The notes beneath the pieces were generated by a model. That model made no database searches and had not been told where the DNA came from. It saw only the letters and a list, made by a program, of their open reading frames with translations. The translations under genes were made by a program, and so were the position numbers. From Tubulanus polymorphus (taxonomy: Eukaryota > Animalia > Nemertea): a stretch of 64,000 bases of DNA. Of the stretch, positions 52,591 to 64,000 are shown piece after piece. Location: positions 4,370,600-4,434,599 of the forward strand of contig NC_134036.1 in assembly GCF_964204645.1 (NCBI RefSeq), written 5' to 3'. Each line of letters opens with the position of its first letter. Within the stretch, counting starts at the first letter, position 1.

Positions 52591-55500
52591 TCATATAAAC
52601 TGATGTATACACGTACATACCTCCAGTGTCGGCGGCAGTATTTGCGGAAAGCTGCGGAATCATCATACTACGAAATGCCGTTAGGGGGAGTCACTGAATA
52701 AAACCGTTTTAAACAGGACGATGATGACGACGACGACGACGACGATCACGACGACAAATGACAATATATTTACAGCACAGGCGATTTAGATATAATTCTT
52801 TTATGATGCTATATTATGATTATGACGTTTAAAACCGCACACACGACGGACAATATCAAGAAGAGAGACGGCTTCAGGTGACCGACCGACTGACTGACTG
52901 ACAATATCTATAGATATAGCTTATAAATGACTGAGTCGCCGACCTGATTTTTTTTTGTTTCGAATCGTCGCCGGCTCGTCAGCAGCAGATCCGTGTGTGA
53001 CGACAACGATGCTCGACCAAAACTCGTCCTAATATTCGCCGTTTCGTTTAAACTACAGTTCTCCGCGAGTTCCCTATACGCGTTCGGCGGCTAATATAGT
53101 TTACGCTCTGTTCTTCTAAGCGATCAGTCAGTTTTCCTCCCGTCTTCAGATTCGAGTAAATCAATTCTTGACGATAATACTGTTTTCCAGCTTTTTATTC
53201 AAACGCTATGCCCGTTTGTGGACTAAGTATACATCTACTACGATGTTCGTTAGTTTCCTTATCTTGAATATCTTCCTTCCGAAGCCGAGTCGAAAACACG
53301 GGCACGAAACTGACGAGCGAAATGGTTTGAAGCAATTTTTGAATTATCGACCGAATAATATTATGACGGACCAGGATGCGAGCTATCCTTATATTTCATC
53401 TATCGACTCTTGACACCGAGACCACGACTTCGCTCTATATAGAAAAGACGGACCAATTCGTATATTCCGATTCGAAAGTAAAGTATAGCGGAACGATATT
53501 CGATATTCGATACGCGATATTCGAGTCAAGACGTCGCGACCTAATTACTGTCTTCCTACGACTACGTCAACCTATCGCGAAGATCATCGATTATCCGTTA
53601 TTCGAGAAAACAAAAACGCGATGGCGCTTATCCACTCCCGGATTACGGAAGAAAATGCGAAATCCGTACGAAACGTAATCTGCGGCTGGTGCGAAACGTG
53701 TACCGCGCGGTTCGATCGCGATGCGGGGAATCCCAGAAAACGGTTATATCGTTCCTCTATGCCAAGCCACCGTTCTGACAACGATAACTACTCTGAAATC
53801 CGATGACGATATATACAGAACGTCGTCTTATCAGCGGACCGATCGAAAAAGTCAACTTCGATAGAAAGCGTTAAAAGCCGTTGTACGCGACGACGACGAC
53901 AACGGTTTCTTCGTCGTGATATGTATTACGTTACACTGTCACAGGCGGCGACTAGTATACTGCATCACGCGCTAAACAAACGACATCACCATCACACACA
54001 CAGAGGAGCGAGAGAGGAGAGAGCTCTGCATCAGCGCTCGGATTCTGAGTACTACACACCACGATACAACGCAGCGCTCACAGTCGTGCGTGTGTGTGTG
54101 TGGCTCGTCGTTTAGCTAGCGGCCATCATCATCGACGCTCGCTCGCTCGTTCGTCAGAATCTCTCGGTTATAAGCCAGCGCAGCAGCAGCGCCTAGTTAC
54201 ACCGACGAGCGTGTACACCAGAGGAAAAACCGATATCGGAAGACTGTGTATGTGATGACGTCGCAGTGTCCATATGCTCGCCTGGTCGCCCCGAGCCGAA
54301 GCAAGGGCGCGGAGCCAGGTTTTCTTCAAAGGTAGAGAGACCAGGTACTAAAGGGCACAAAAGTAATGACGAAGGGTACCCCAACGAGGCGAGCGGTGAA
54401 GGCGCGAAGCCATCAAAGTCAGGGTCTGGGTGCCCTCCCCACGATCATTTTGAAATTTTGGAGTTCTCCAAGGTTATTTGATGGTGATTTGATGGCTGTC
54501 GGGAATATTTCATATTTCAAAAAATTGAGGGGGCGGGGGGAATTTGTCACCATAGAGCCAGTGGAGTATATGTCTGATTCAGGGATGTGCCACATGGGAC
54601 AAACTTTCGGACCGTAGAAAATTTGGGGTATATTATTTAGGGTACTGTTACGAAGGACAAAATTTGCCACCAATAATTTTAGGATATTGTTAAAAAGGAA
54701 CACAATCTCCAGAGAGGAGATGGAGTTCAAATTATATTCACTATAGGACAGCTGGGAGCTGGGGTATACGTACATGATTTAAGGTACTGTAGTACAAGGG
54801 ACAAAATATGCACCATATACCATGTGAGATTAATAATCTAATAGAGTTCTGTTACGAAAATCATAATTACAAGGAAATTATTCGGCATATGCGAGTAAAA
54901 ATGGAATGAAGTCAGCCGCGAGTTCTTATCGATATAGATGAACAAACGCGTATGCATTTTTAATTAAGAAAAAGCTAATTAGCGTTAGTTTTTCTTAGCT
55001 TCTTTTACGCGCGAATTCGTCGTTTAATTCCGCCCCGATAAAAGCTTATGTATGAAGATTCGTTCTTTGCTCGTCGGCGATCGACGATTCGTATAAGTCG
55101 ATCATATCGATCCGTGTCGTGAGATCGATCGCTGGTCGATCGGTTATTTTGATTGATAGACGGCCGCCGTCGATACGGAGGATTAACCCTGCCAGACGAC
55201 GACCTTGAACGCTTCGAACGCGACCGTCGCGGATTATACGTCAATGTCGCCCGGTGTCGGAGATGATCTCCACGATGCGCGCTCGCGGGGCAATGACCCG
55301 AACTGCGGTTCTAGCTAGCTCAACTCTCCTTATCTCTCTCCCTCTTTCTCCGTCACTCTCTTACTGTCGCACGATCGAACCGACAGTTATGTCCGTCCAT
55401 AATTCGAATGTCGCTTTGCGTAAAAACGTGTAGCCGACTTCGAAGCCTACTTTGTCAATTTATATTTACTAGGGCTCCATGTTCGATACGTCGGCAAGCG

Positions 55501-55919
55501 AGGATCCACCAGGTGTCGCTAGTGCACGCATTCAGATAAAACGATTCCGAATTTCTTTCCAGATCCACAATTAGAATCAATCCATATTTTCTCAGAATTC
55601 GAAGAACGACGAATAAAATCGTCGCTATTTTCGAACCCCGAAGATCAATATGAATTTTCCGAGAGACGCGATTGGCCTAATGTCTCACGTGGAAAGGTCA
55701 AAATGATGGAAGCATCTATTTACACAGGCAAAGCTAGTTCATAAGTTGAATTATATACAGCAAAATATACACATGATATACGCGCAATTTGTGAGGGATT
55801 TTTACACATTTGAAACTAACTGAATAACTTATGTCCTATTATAATGTACTACTGAAATGTAACTGAATAAATCTAGCTACGAATGTCCTCCTAGAATGTC
55901 CTACTGAAATTGACACCAT

Positions 55920-56595
55920 CCAGGAAGACAGACACTCTAAATATTTGGATGGATATATGAAAGCTGTGGGTACTGGAGTGTGTAATGGGTAGTGTAGTGT
56001 GATCTGTGTACATTTGTGGCCAGCACACAGATCACATTGTTCAATGGGGTTTGGTCCAGGACTCGCGAGATTTTCATCAACACGGAAGTAACGTGTAATA
56101 AATGATGACTTGAATTGCATGACTACCTACCACCCCTCATTATTGTTTGAAAACTAAACGTTCCGCACTGACTAAAAATTAGTAATAACATTTTAGAAAT
56201 GGCCAGAATTTTAACTTAGGTTCTATCTCATTTTTATTTTACAATTGCGATTGGTATAATTTATTTTTAAACGGCCGTTAAGGCTTCATGTTTCGTCTGC
56301 AATTCACTGCAAATAGTTACGCAACTACGCACAGTTCAGTGTTTTCAGTGTTTTTGGCAGCTGTACACTCAATCGGCACCGTTCGTGACTAGCTTCACTG
56401 CGGAATTATCATTAATTAACATCGCCATATCGCATCATCAACTTATATTGTGCCTTAAAACCCTAATAGCCGAAATAATTGAAATGCACACACGATTTCT
56501 ATCATTGGAAATTGAGAGAGTGGCCATGTTTGTGTTCTGCTGCTTCGCGTAAATCCCGCGCGGTGGCGCATCCGCGCGGAGTGGGGCCGATACGT
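55920..56595 (-). mobile_element. CTRG-targeting hairpin element, copy C (complete, outside the array)
   Basis: CACCAT-CCAG[gaag...gatacgt]CTAG-CGGG. Confidence 0.92.
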
Positions 56596-57836
56596 CTAGC
56601 GGGAGTGAGCTGATGCATTAGAATCTCGTCATGTCATATCTTCGAATGTAATTTACCTTCCTTGAACTAGCGGCTGAGTTTGTTAAAACGAACGTTAATG
56701 TAGAGACTCACGAGCTTGGAGTTTTTACCGATGAAAATATAATCAGGAAATATTTGTCGAGTTTCTATCGATTTAAGAACGCAATTAAATTCACGAGCGC
56801 TCGCAATTCTCTTTACTTTTCACCCCGGCAATGTTGACACGAAAATAGCTGTATAGCGCAAACCGTTTTTCTAAGATCGAGGACCTGAATATTACTTCAT
56901 CGAAGCCGTTGGCGCAGCGGGAACTGATAGTTAGAGATCCCCAGCCCCCGGGGCTCGTAAGACACGTCGCGGTCGTAATAACGCGTACGAAGCAATCAAA
57001 ATGGCTTCTTTTCTCTTCGGCGCGCGCCGGTGCCCGTCGGAAAACCTCCCGGTGTCAAAGGGCCACGACGACGTTCCGCGCGATCCTACTTATCAATTAC
57101 ACAACCACCGCAATCATCGGCATCGCGGCTGCTGTCAACGCCGGGAAACGACGACGACCGCGGCACTCTCGTCGAGGGTAATCTCGTCGACGTGCCCTGC
57201 CGCTCGTTCGCCCCCGACGCTGACAGCCTGTCAACCCGTCAGCGGCGCGCGTAGAGCTTATCGAAAACGTTCGGACATAATTTTCTCGAGTGCGACGACT
57301 CCCAATCGACCTCGTATACAAAATATCGTCGGAGAGGTTGAAGTAGTAAAATCCTACAGAATCTATACCGCAACCAACAGGCGACGGGTAATACCTTCAC
57401 CGAAAACCCATACGTAAATATTTTACTCGGTGAAAGCCCGTCCCTTACGCTAGTGAAGGAACCGATATCGCGCTGCTACCGAGGTCTTGTGTACGTGACG
57501 TCATAGCTTGTTTGCCAACCCGTGCTGGAGACCTACCATACGTAACAACAAAAGTATTCAGGGCGATTTTCAGACTTTGAGGGTCTGTTATGTAAATCTG
57601 TCATTTTATTTGCCAACTAATATGGCGGCGTCGACGTCGAAAAAGTATGTGGTTGCTATATATATGTGCTTGTGTGAGAATGTCTCTTTCATGCTAATAA
57701 GGAACCAATTATGCTGTAATTGCGGAAAGTAAGGATCCGCTAGTCGTCTCTCTATGTCTCCCGCATGCCAGTCGGGACCCGATTATGATGCTACTTTGGC
57801 AAGTGACGATCCGTTCACTACGGTGCTAAGTCTGAG

Positions 57837-57880
57837 CTTGGAGTAATCATTTGACAAATGAGTCGAATGATTACTCCAAG
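57837..57880. mobile_element. 44-bp palindromic micro-element with 7-bp TSD GTCTGAG
   Basis: GTCTGAG-CTTGGAGTAATC...GATTACTCCAAG-GTCTGAG. Confidence 0.88.
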
Positions 57881-58639
57881 GTCTGAGCGTCGTTCTATCG
57901 AAAAACGTTACTGCGGCAAGTGAAGATCAGCTGGGAGCGCTAGTGAGTTGGAGCGCGTAATCGAACATCGATACGGCTGCCGTGGCAAGCTAGCATCCGC
58001 TAGGGGCGCTATCGTACGGTCGACGTAAAACACGCGCTCTCAAAAATCGATATAGTTTTTGTGACAAGCGAGCCTCCGTGTGATATCAAACCATGCACGC
58101 TTACGAACGAAGGGAACGGATAACTTTTATTGCGCAGTTAGGTTTGCAGTTGCTTCATCTATCTGCTGCAGATGAAGGCGAATCTTTTTCTTCGCGGAAA
58201 AGCGTCTAGTTTTTTTTTGTTTTCGTCGGAAGTCGCGGTGGATGCTCGGATGATGGGAACGACCGACGGTTTGATCAGCTGTCAACGAAAGCAATTACCG
58301 CCTTGTTGTGCAACCGAACGTAGAAAGAAAGAGACTTGTTCTATCCGCGCAGTGCGTCCTTCGCCTTCCGGCAAATAATGAGAGAGGGGAAAAACAAAAA
58401 ACAAACAAACGCGCGCACATTTCTCTTCCTTGTGACAACATATCTTTTTTTCCGATTTCTGATCCGCCGAAATCGGATACAGATCTGAGATCCAGAATCA
58501 AATGTTTATCGAAAGTACTTGATTCGGGGGGTAACTGTAAATTGTAACGTAGTCCAACGGGGCTCAATCAATGCTTCTGGAAGTATAACCTAAATACGAT
58601 AACTACGTGTATACTACGATACACAATCGGTTTTGGTAT

Positions 58640-58830
58640 AGAGTCCGCGATGCCATCAGGTTCGAATCCCTGCAACATAGGAACTCGCAATTCTATCAGG
58701 TTCGAATCCCAGTAAGGGAGAAACGTGGTAGAGTCTTGCGATGCCAACAGGCTCGAACCCTTGCAAGGGAGGAATGTGGCAGAGTCTCGCGACGCCATCC
58801 AATTCAAACATCCACGAATGGAGGATGTGC
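58640..58830 (+). repeat. Tandemised fragment of the SINE-like head (CGATGCCATCAGGTTCGAATCCC)
   Basis: 3-4 B-box-containing units matching 8530-8555. Confidence 0.7.
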
Positions 58831-60249
58831 CTACAAGTTGATACATCAAGGCTCAAAGGCTATATAACCCAGCTAACCAGAGCTACATAAACGACATCAA
58901 AGCGTTTAAGATGATATCATGCCCTTCAAAGAAACAACCGCCGTCTAAAATAAAAAACAGCTACTAAATGACCGTACTATATCCGAAACCTCTCCGATAG
59001 AAATATAGCGTAAAATCGCTCGAAAACCGATCGAACGAATTTGCGTAACGTCGAGTTCGTTTTACACGAGAAAAAATAGCAGCAGCGGCAGCGAGACAAG
59101 CGCAGCAGCATAAACGATTTATTTTCGACAGAAGAAAATGTAGAAATCGCTTTGAACGACGTCGAATACACCGAATCGACGATCGAACTTCAAAGCCGTT
59201 CGCCCCCGAGATCAAAGGCGAATTAGCGAGGCGAATAGAGAGTGCTCCCGGTCGAAACAACGATCGAATTCGTCGTGTCTGATATCCATCGACATTCAAA
59301 GACTTCTCTGTCTTTGTCTGTGTATCCATTTTTTAAAGATTGTATTTATTATTTATATCCGCGCGTAACTAAAAATATGTTTAGTCAGTATAGTAGGCAT
59401 AATATGGTAGAAACCAACTACAGATTAGAAGTTTCATTACATTACGACTGGTAGGGGCTGTGATATAAATCTTGGTAGTTAATGAACAAAACATGCGGAC
59501 ACGGTTCCGCACACAGTGTTGTGAGTTCCAGGTAACTCTTGAGTTAAAATCAGTTCATTTCAATGCAGTTAACTTGCAATCAAATCCTAACTCAGAACCG
59601 CGTGGAACCGGGCCCCGCATTTACGGGAGTTTCGACTAAAAAACACGTTTTCATATCTTCGATGATGACGAAGTTTAGTCGAAAATTCGATACTATCAGA
59701 AAATAAACTGTTCGGCCGAAAACAGCGGATTTTCCTCTTCATAGAATTTGAAGAAAAAAGGATTATGGGCGAATTTTCTAGTTGATACCGAGAAAAAAAA
59801 TCGATGTCGAAATGCGCATCAGTGACACCGGTCGGAACCTCGCTTGCCGCAGGCGGAATCCCCAAATGTCATTAATTATCGCTTCCGATATCAAATATAC
59901 ATTAGGCCATCCATCTCTGATCCCATTAGCTGGTCATGACAGGTCGAACTAGTCCCCTGAATCTGACGCTTTCCAATTCATACGAAGCTTCGCGCGCCTA
60001 TCGAGCTAATTAGCGAAATGAACCGGTCCTAATTTCACGGCGGTTTCGGCGAGCGCGCGCGCGCTATTTTTTCTCGGCGGCGTAATTCGACTTATTTCCG
60101 TTCGTCGTGGCGCGCTAATTTCCTGTTGGGTGAACTCTGATTATTGGTCGACGAGCGGAAAGAAATAGAGGGTTCATCCAGCGAGTGAGCTAGTCGTGTC
60201 GAGAATAGATCGCCGAGTTAAAAAAAGAACCATAATTACCCGATCATGG

Positions 60250-60570
60250 GGATTTATTTCTCCGGGCGAGATCTTCCACCCGACCGAATTGAGGATTTCT
60301 CCGGGCAAAATCTTCACCCGACCGAATTGAGGATTTCTCCGAGCAAGATCTTTTCTCGACCGAATTGAGGATTTCTCCGGGCAAGATCGTCACCCAACAG
60401 AATTGGGGAATCGTCCGTGAAAAATGTTCAACAGGCCGAATAGAGAATCCGTCCGGGCAAAATATTTACCCCCGGCCGAATTGAAAATTCTCTGGGAATA
60501 TCGTCACCCCTGGCCGAATTGAGGACCTTCACTCGAAGACCGAAATGAGGGTTCCTCCTTGGGAAGATCT
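60250..60570 (-). repeat. 36-40 bp minisatellite family
   Basis: CCCGACCGAATTGAGGATTTCTCCGGGCAAGATCTT units. Confidence 0.9.
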
Positions 60571-60892
60571 TGAAGCCCCTAGGCTAGCGCAGGAAAGATC
60601 TAGCGCTGGAATCGTTGCACCTTCGCAGCCTCCATCATGAAATTCATTGAAAAAAAAACGACCATTTCCAACATCGGATCCATGAAACAATGCCATAATC
60701 ACGAACAACCCTCATATTTGAACGGCTAGTTTCGAAACCTTTAGAATTCTATCGTTACGTTACTGGGAAAGTGGAAAACCGATAAGAAATGCCTTATGCT
60801 ATTTCCATACTTAATACAGCTGGGATTACAGGGATTCTTGTATTGACAACACTGCCGAATACGACTCGACGACATAATTCTCGAAACAGACT

Positions 60893-61066
<174 letters not shown>

Positions 61067-61606
61067 GACAAACATTCGCGATAGACGAGCGAACGAAGCC
61101 GCACGAACTAAACAACATCCATATCATCAAAAAGAAGAAATCGTCGACTTATCGAGCGGCGGCGCGCGGTGCCCGTAAATCTCTTTTTTCGAAAGAAGTC
61201 GACATCAAAAAGCGCCTTGATTCCATCGCGTGTTCGTGTGTAGACAGAGTCAGCAGCAACTTCTTAAGGTAAGCGCCGGTACGTAAGCCTCTTTCGACGT
61301 AGAGGAGCCCAGAAAAAAAGGGGAAATCGGCTGACAGCGTCAGCGAGTTGGATGAACAAAAACAAACACAACTCGCCTCCCGTGCTTGCTGCAGCAGCGC
61401 TGCCTCGATCATTCCGCGTATCGCTATGGCAACGGTTTTGTTTATTTTCGTGTCGTTGCGGAGTAGAGATTTTTTCGCTGATTCGAGTGATTCGCGTCGT
61501 TGCTGAAGGGTTTTCAGATTCCGACGGCGTCGCCGTATGGGATGAGGGCATATTCGAACAGGCGAGTTATTAGCAACCAATCATTAGTTCACCGTAGAAA
61601 GGTAGC

Positions 61607-61912
61607 AATTAGTAACTAATTATAATTTTACTGAAATCGTTGAAGTTATTGAGAATGAAAAGGTCGTCATTAGTACCTAATCATAATTTTACTGAATCGG
61701 TGAAGTTATCGAGAATGAGTAGTCCGTCATTAGTAACTAATCATAATTTTACTGAATCGTTGAAGTTATCGAGAATGAGAAAGTCGTCCTTAGTAACTAA
61801 TCATAATTTTACTGAATCAATTAAGTCATTGAGAATGAAAAGATCGTCATTAGTAACTATACATAATTTTACTGAATCTTTGAAGTTATCGAGAATAAGA
61901 AGGTCGACATCA
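61607..61912 (-). repeat. 60-bp minisatellite family, ~5 inverted units
   Basis: Reverse complement of the 34262-34755 unit. Confidence 0.95.
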
Positions 61913-62571
61913 AATCACCGAATTATAATTTGCTGATTTATCAGGACCTAGAGAGGTTTTCGTTAGTAAATCAAACATTTCACTGGCCATATTTGAGTAA
62001 ACGGTTTCGTAATGATATTCACGATATTGCAAATGATGGCATCATTATGTAACTATAATATTAACTTCTTTTTTAAACTGTTGCGGTTGCGCAGAATCCT
62101 GTCAGCTACATTCGCGGGTTGCCAGTTGAAAAAAAACCCCATAAAAGCCCGTTTCGCCGACGTAGCTATGGTAACTGATTACACGCGTATTTCTAGGAGC
62201 GGTCCGTTTCGGAAAAGCACGCCATCACGGTGCGGACGCGGAGACCTGCCACGCCACTGATAAAACGCCAGTGGCGACAGCGGTTAAAATCGGGTCAAGA
62301 CACGCGGCGACACTAGCGCCGCCGCGATCGTCGCGTTAAAATTCAACACGCCGTTATCGGCACTGAGCTACGACGGAAGACGTCGCTATGGCGACTGTCT
62401 TCGAAGCGGCATCGCGACATTTCCCGTCGAGATTTCGTTATTTTTCGTTTTGGCGACTATTGCAATCGGGATGACGAAGTTCCGCAAAATCGTTTAGAAA
62501 ACAGGGAAATCGATACGCGAAAGTTGAAAACTTTTCGTCGGCCACGATTGTTATATAAAAAGAAGAAGAAT

Positions 62572-62792
62572 TAAGTCGAAACGTAGAATAAACTACTAGC
62601 TCAAAGGAATACAGTATTCCCGAAGATGACTATTAAGATAAGTCGAAACGTTGAATAAACCACTAGCGCAAGGAATACAGTATTCCTAAAAATGACTAAC
62701 AGAATATGGTCGAAACTCCGAATAAATTGCTAGCTCAAGGAAACATTTTCTTTACGTTATATTTTCGCTATCATCGTGGGATTCTCTACGCA
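62572..62792 (+). mobile_element. Tandem 67-bp hammerhead-motif units plus shared tail (Penelope-like)
   Basis: GTATTC-CCGAAGA-T-GACT...AGTC-GAAA-CG-TT-GAATA; same family as 35535-35800. Confidence 0.7.
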
Positions 62793-64000
62793 TTATTCAA
62801 AAACTTCTTTTTTTTACCATTTAAAATATTTTCACGGGAGTGATAGGCAGCATAAAATCAGTTACGAACTGGAACCAAACTAAAAACGAAGCAAACTGCG
62901 GTTACACGTATTTACCTGGGTTTCTTATTAAATTTGTTCCCATCTTGTTACTTCAGACTTGTTAAGTTTACAGCTATTCCTATGCTCTATATCAATTATC
63001 CTATCTTCTATAGTCACTGGGATTATTTATTCTTCAGCTTCTAACTTAAAGGTTTTGTTTTAATTTGCAAGTATTTCTAGGTTGTATATTATGATATCAC
63101 CTATTTTCACTGAACTAATCTCTTCGCTTGTGTAGATGATATCTAGTAAAATCGTAACAAAAATCTAGTCCGCCTTAAGATGAATACGTCATGATGAATT
63201 TCGAAACCACCAATACACACTATTAGTCTCAGAAAAACGAAACATTTCTGGCGGTTTTTCTATTCTAAGGGCGAAATTCTATATCATCTTCACAACACGG
63301 GGACACGGGGTGTTTCATCCAGGGTTAACACCAACGACGGAAAAGTATCACATTCTCGATTTGATAAGGAAAACTACATCGGAAATTGGAAATGCGAGAT
63401 TCGGTCGAAATGGGAAAAGAAAACCCGAAGCGAATGTCGCGCGCCGCGTGAGCAAAATGAAATGAACGAAGTTAACGGCAGTGTGTACGCCTCCATGATT
63501 GAACGAAGAAAAAGAAATTGCACGGGCGTACGTGAGCGTGTGCGGCCGTAGCTTTTACTATGCATTAAATATAATTGAAATACATCTTTTTGGGGGGAGG
63601 GTCGGGGAAGATAAGTAGACCTGGATGTTTTCTGGAAGGAACGTTGATGAATACGATAATAAGCCATGCATTCTCGAGCACCAGCGTGTTTTCGAATGGC
63701 CATTAAAAATACCCACCTAACGTACCCCCATGAAAATTAGAATTATAGTTTATGAATTGGTAATCTTGAAGCTTGGGCAACACAAGTTTCTGAGACACCC
63801 CAGCGCAGCCTTCATTGAAAAATTTAAGCATCGACAAATAGCCCGTTATATTTCGAAGGCGTGCCCCTCGAATCGCTAACGAATGCGAACAAATCTAAAT
63901 AAGTAAAATACTTATACGGATACTATATTATAATAGTACCGTTATCCTCGGTAATCTGGGAACAAAGCACGCCTTAGAACAAAAAACAGGGCGTGGTGCT

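Noticed and set aside
55918-56600. Canonical Helitron reading (A|TC ... hairpin ... CTAG)
   Set aside because: Fits only this copy and is followed by C, not T. The other copies lack the 5' TC, and empty sites show the CTAG/CCAG belongs to the target.

Overview
Eukaryotic, most likely invertebrate animal, DNA that is almost entirely non-coding (large introns or intergenic). Short CpG-rich, TAAT-rich unique islands alternate with microsatellites, dispersed minisatellite arrays (36-40, 41, 57, 60, 66 and ~110 bp units) and many non-autonomous transposon remnants. None of the supplied ORFs is a convincing complete gene. A few small splice-site-bounded exons may belong to a minus-strand gene of unknown product. 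There are no rRNA, tRNA or CRISPR features. The most informative structures are: (1) a ~665-bp element with no TIR and no TSD, present in 3 copies, that inserts immediately 3' of CTRG, ends in its own CTGG and has two subterminal hairpins; (2) a 5.9-kb modular array (42.8-48.7 kb) whose junctions are MITE ends joined to three different TTA sites, including MITEs that captured neighbouring DNA; (3) 30-44 bp palindromes with exact 7-bp target duplications; (4) Penelope-type minimal hammerhead ribozyme motifs. Everything was read by eye; no database search was run.
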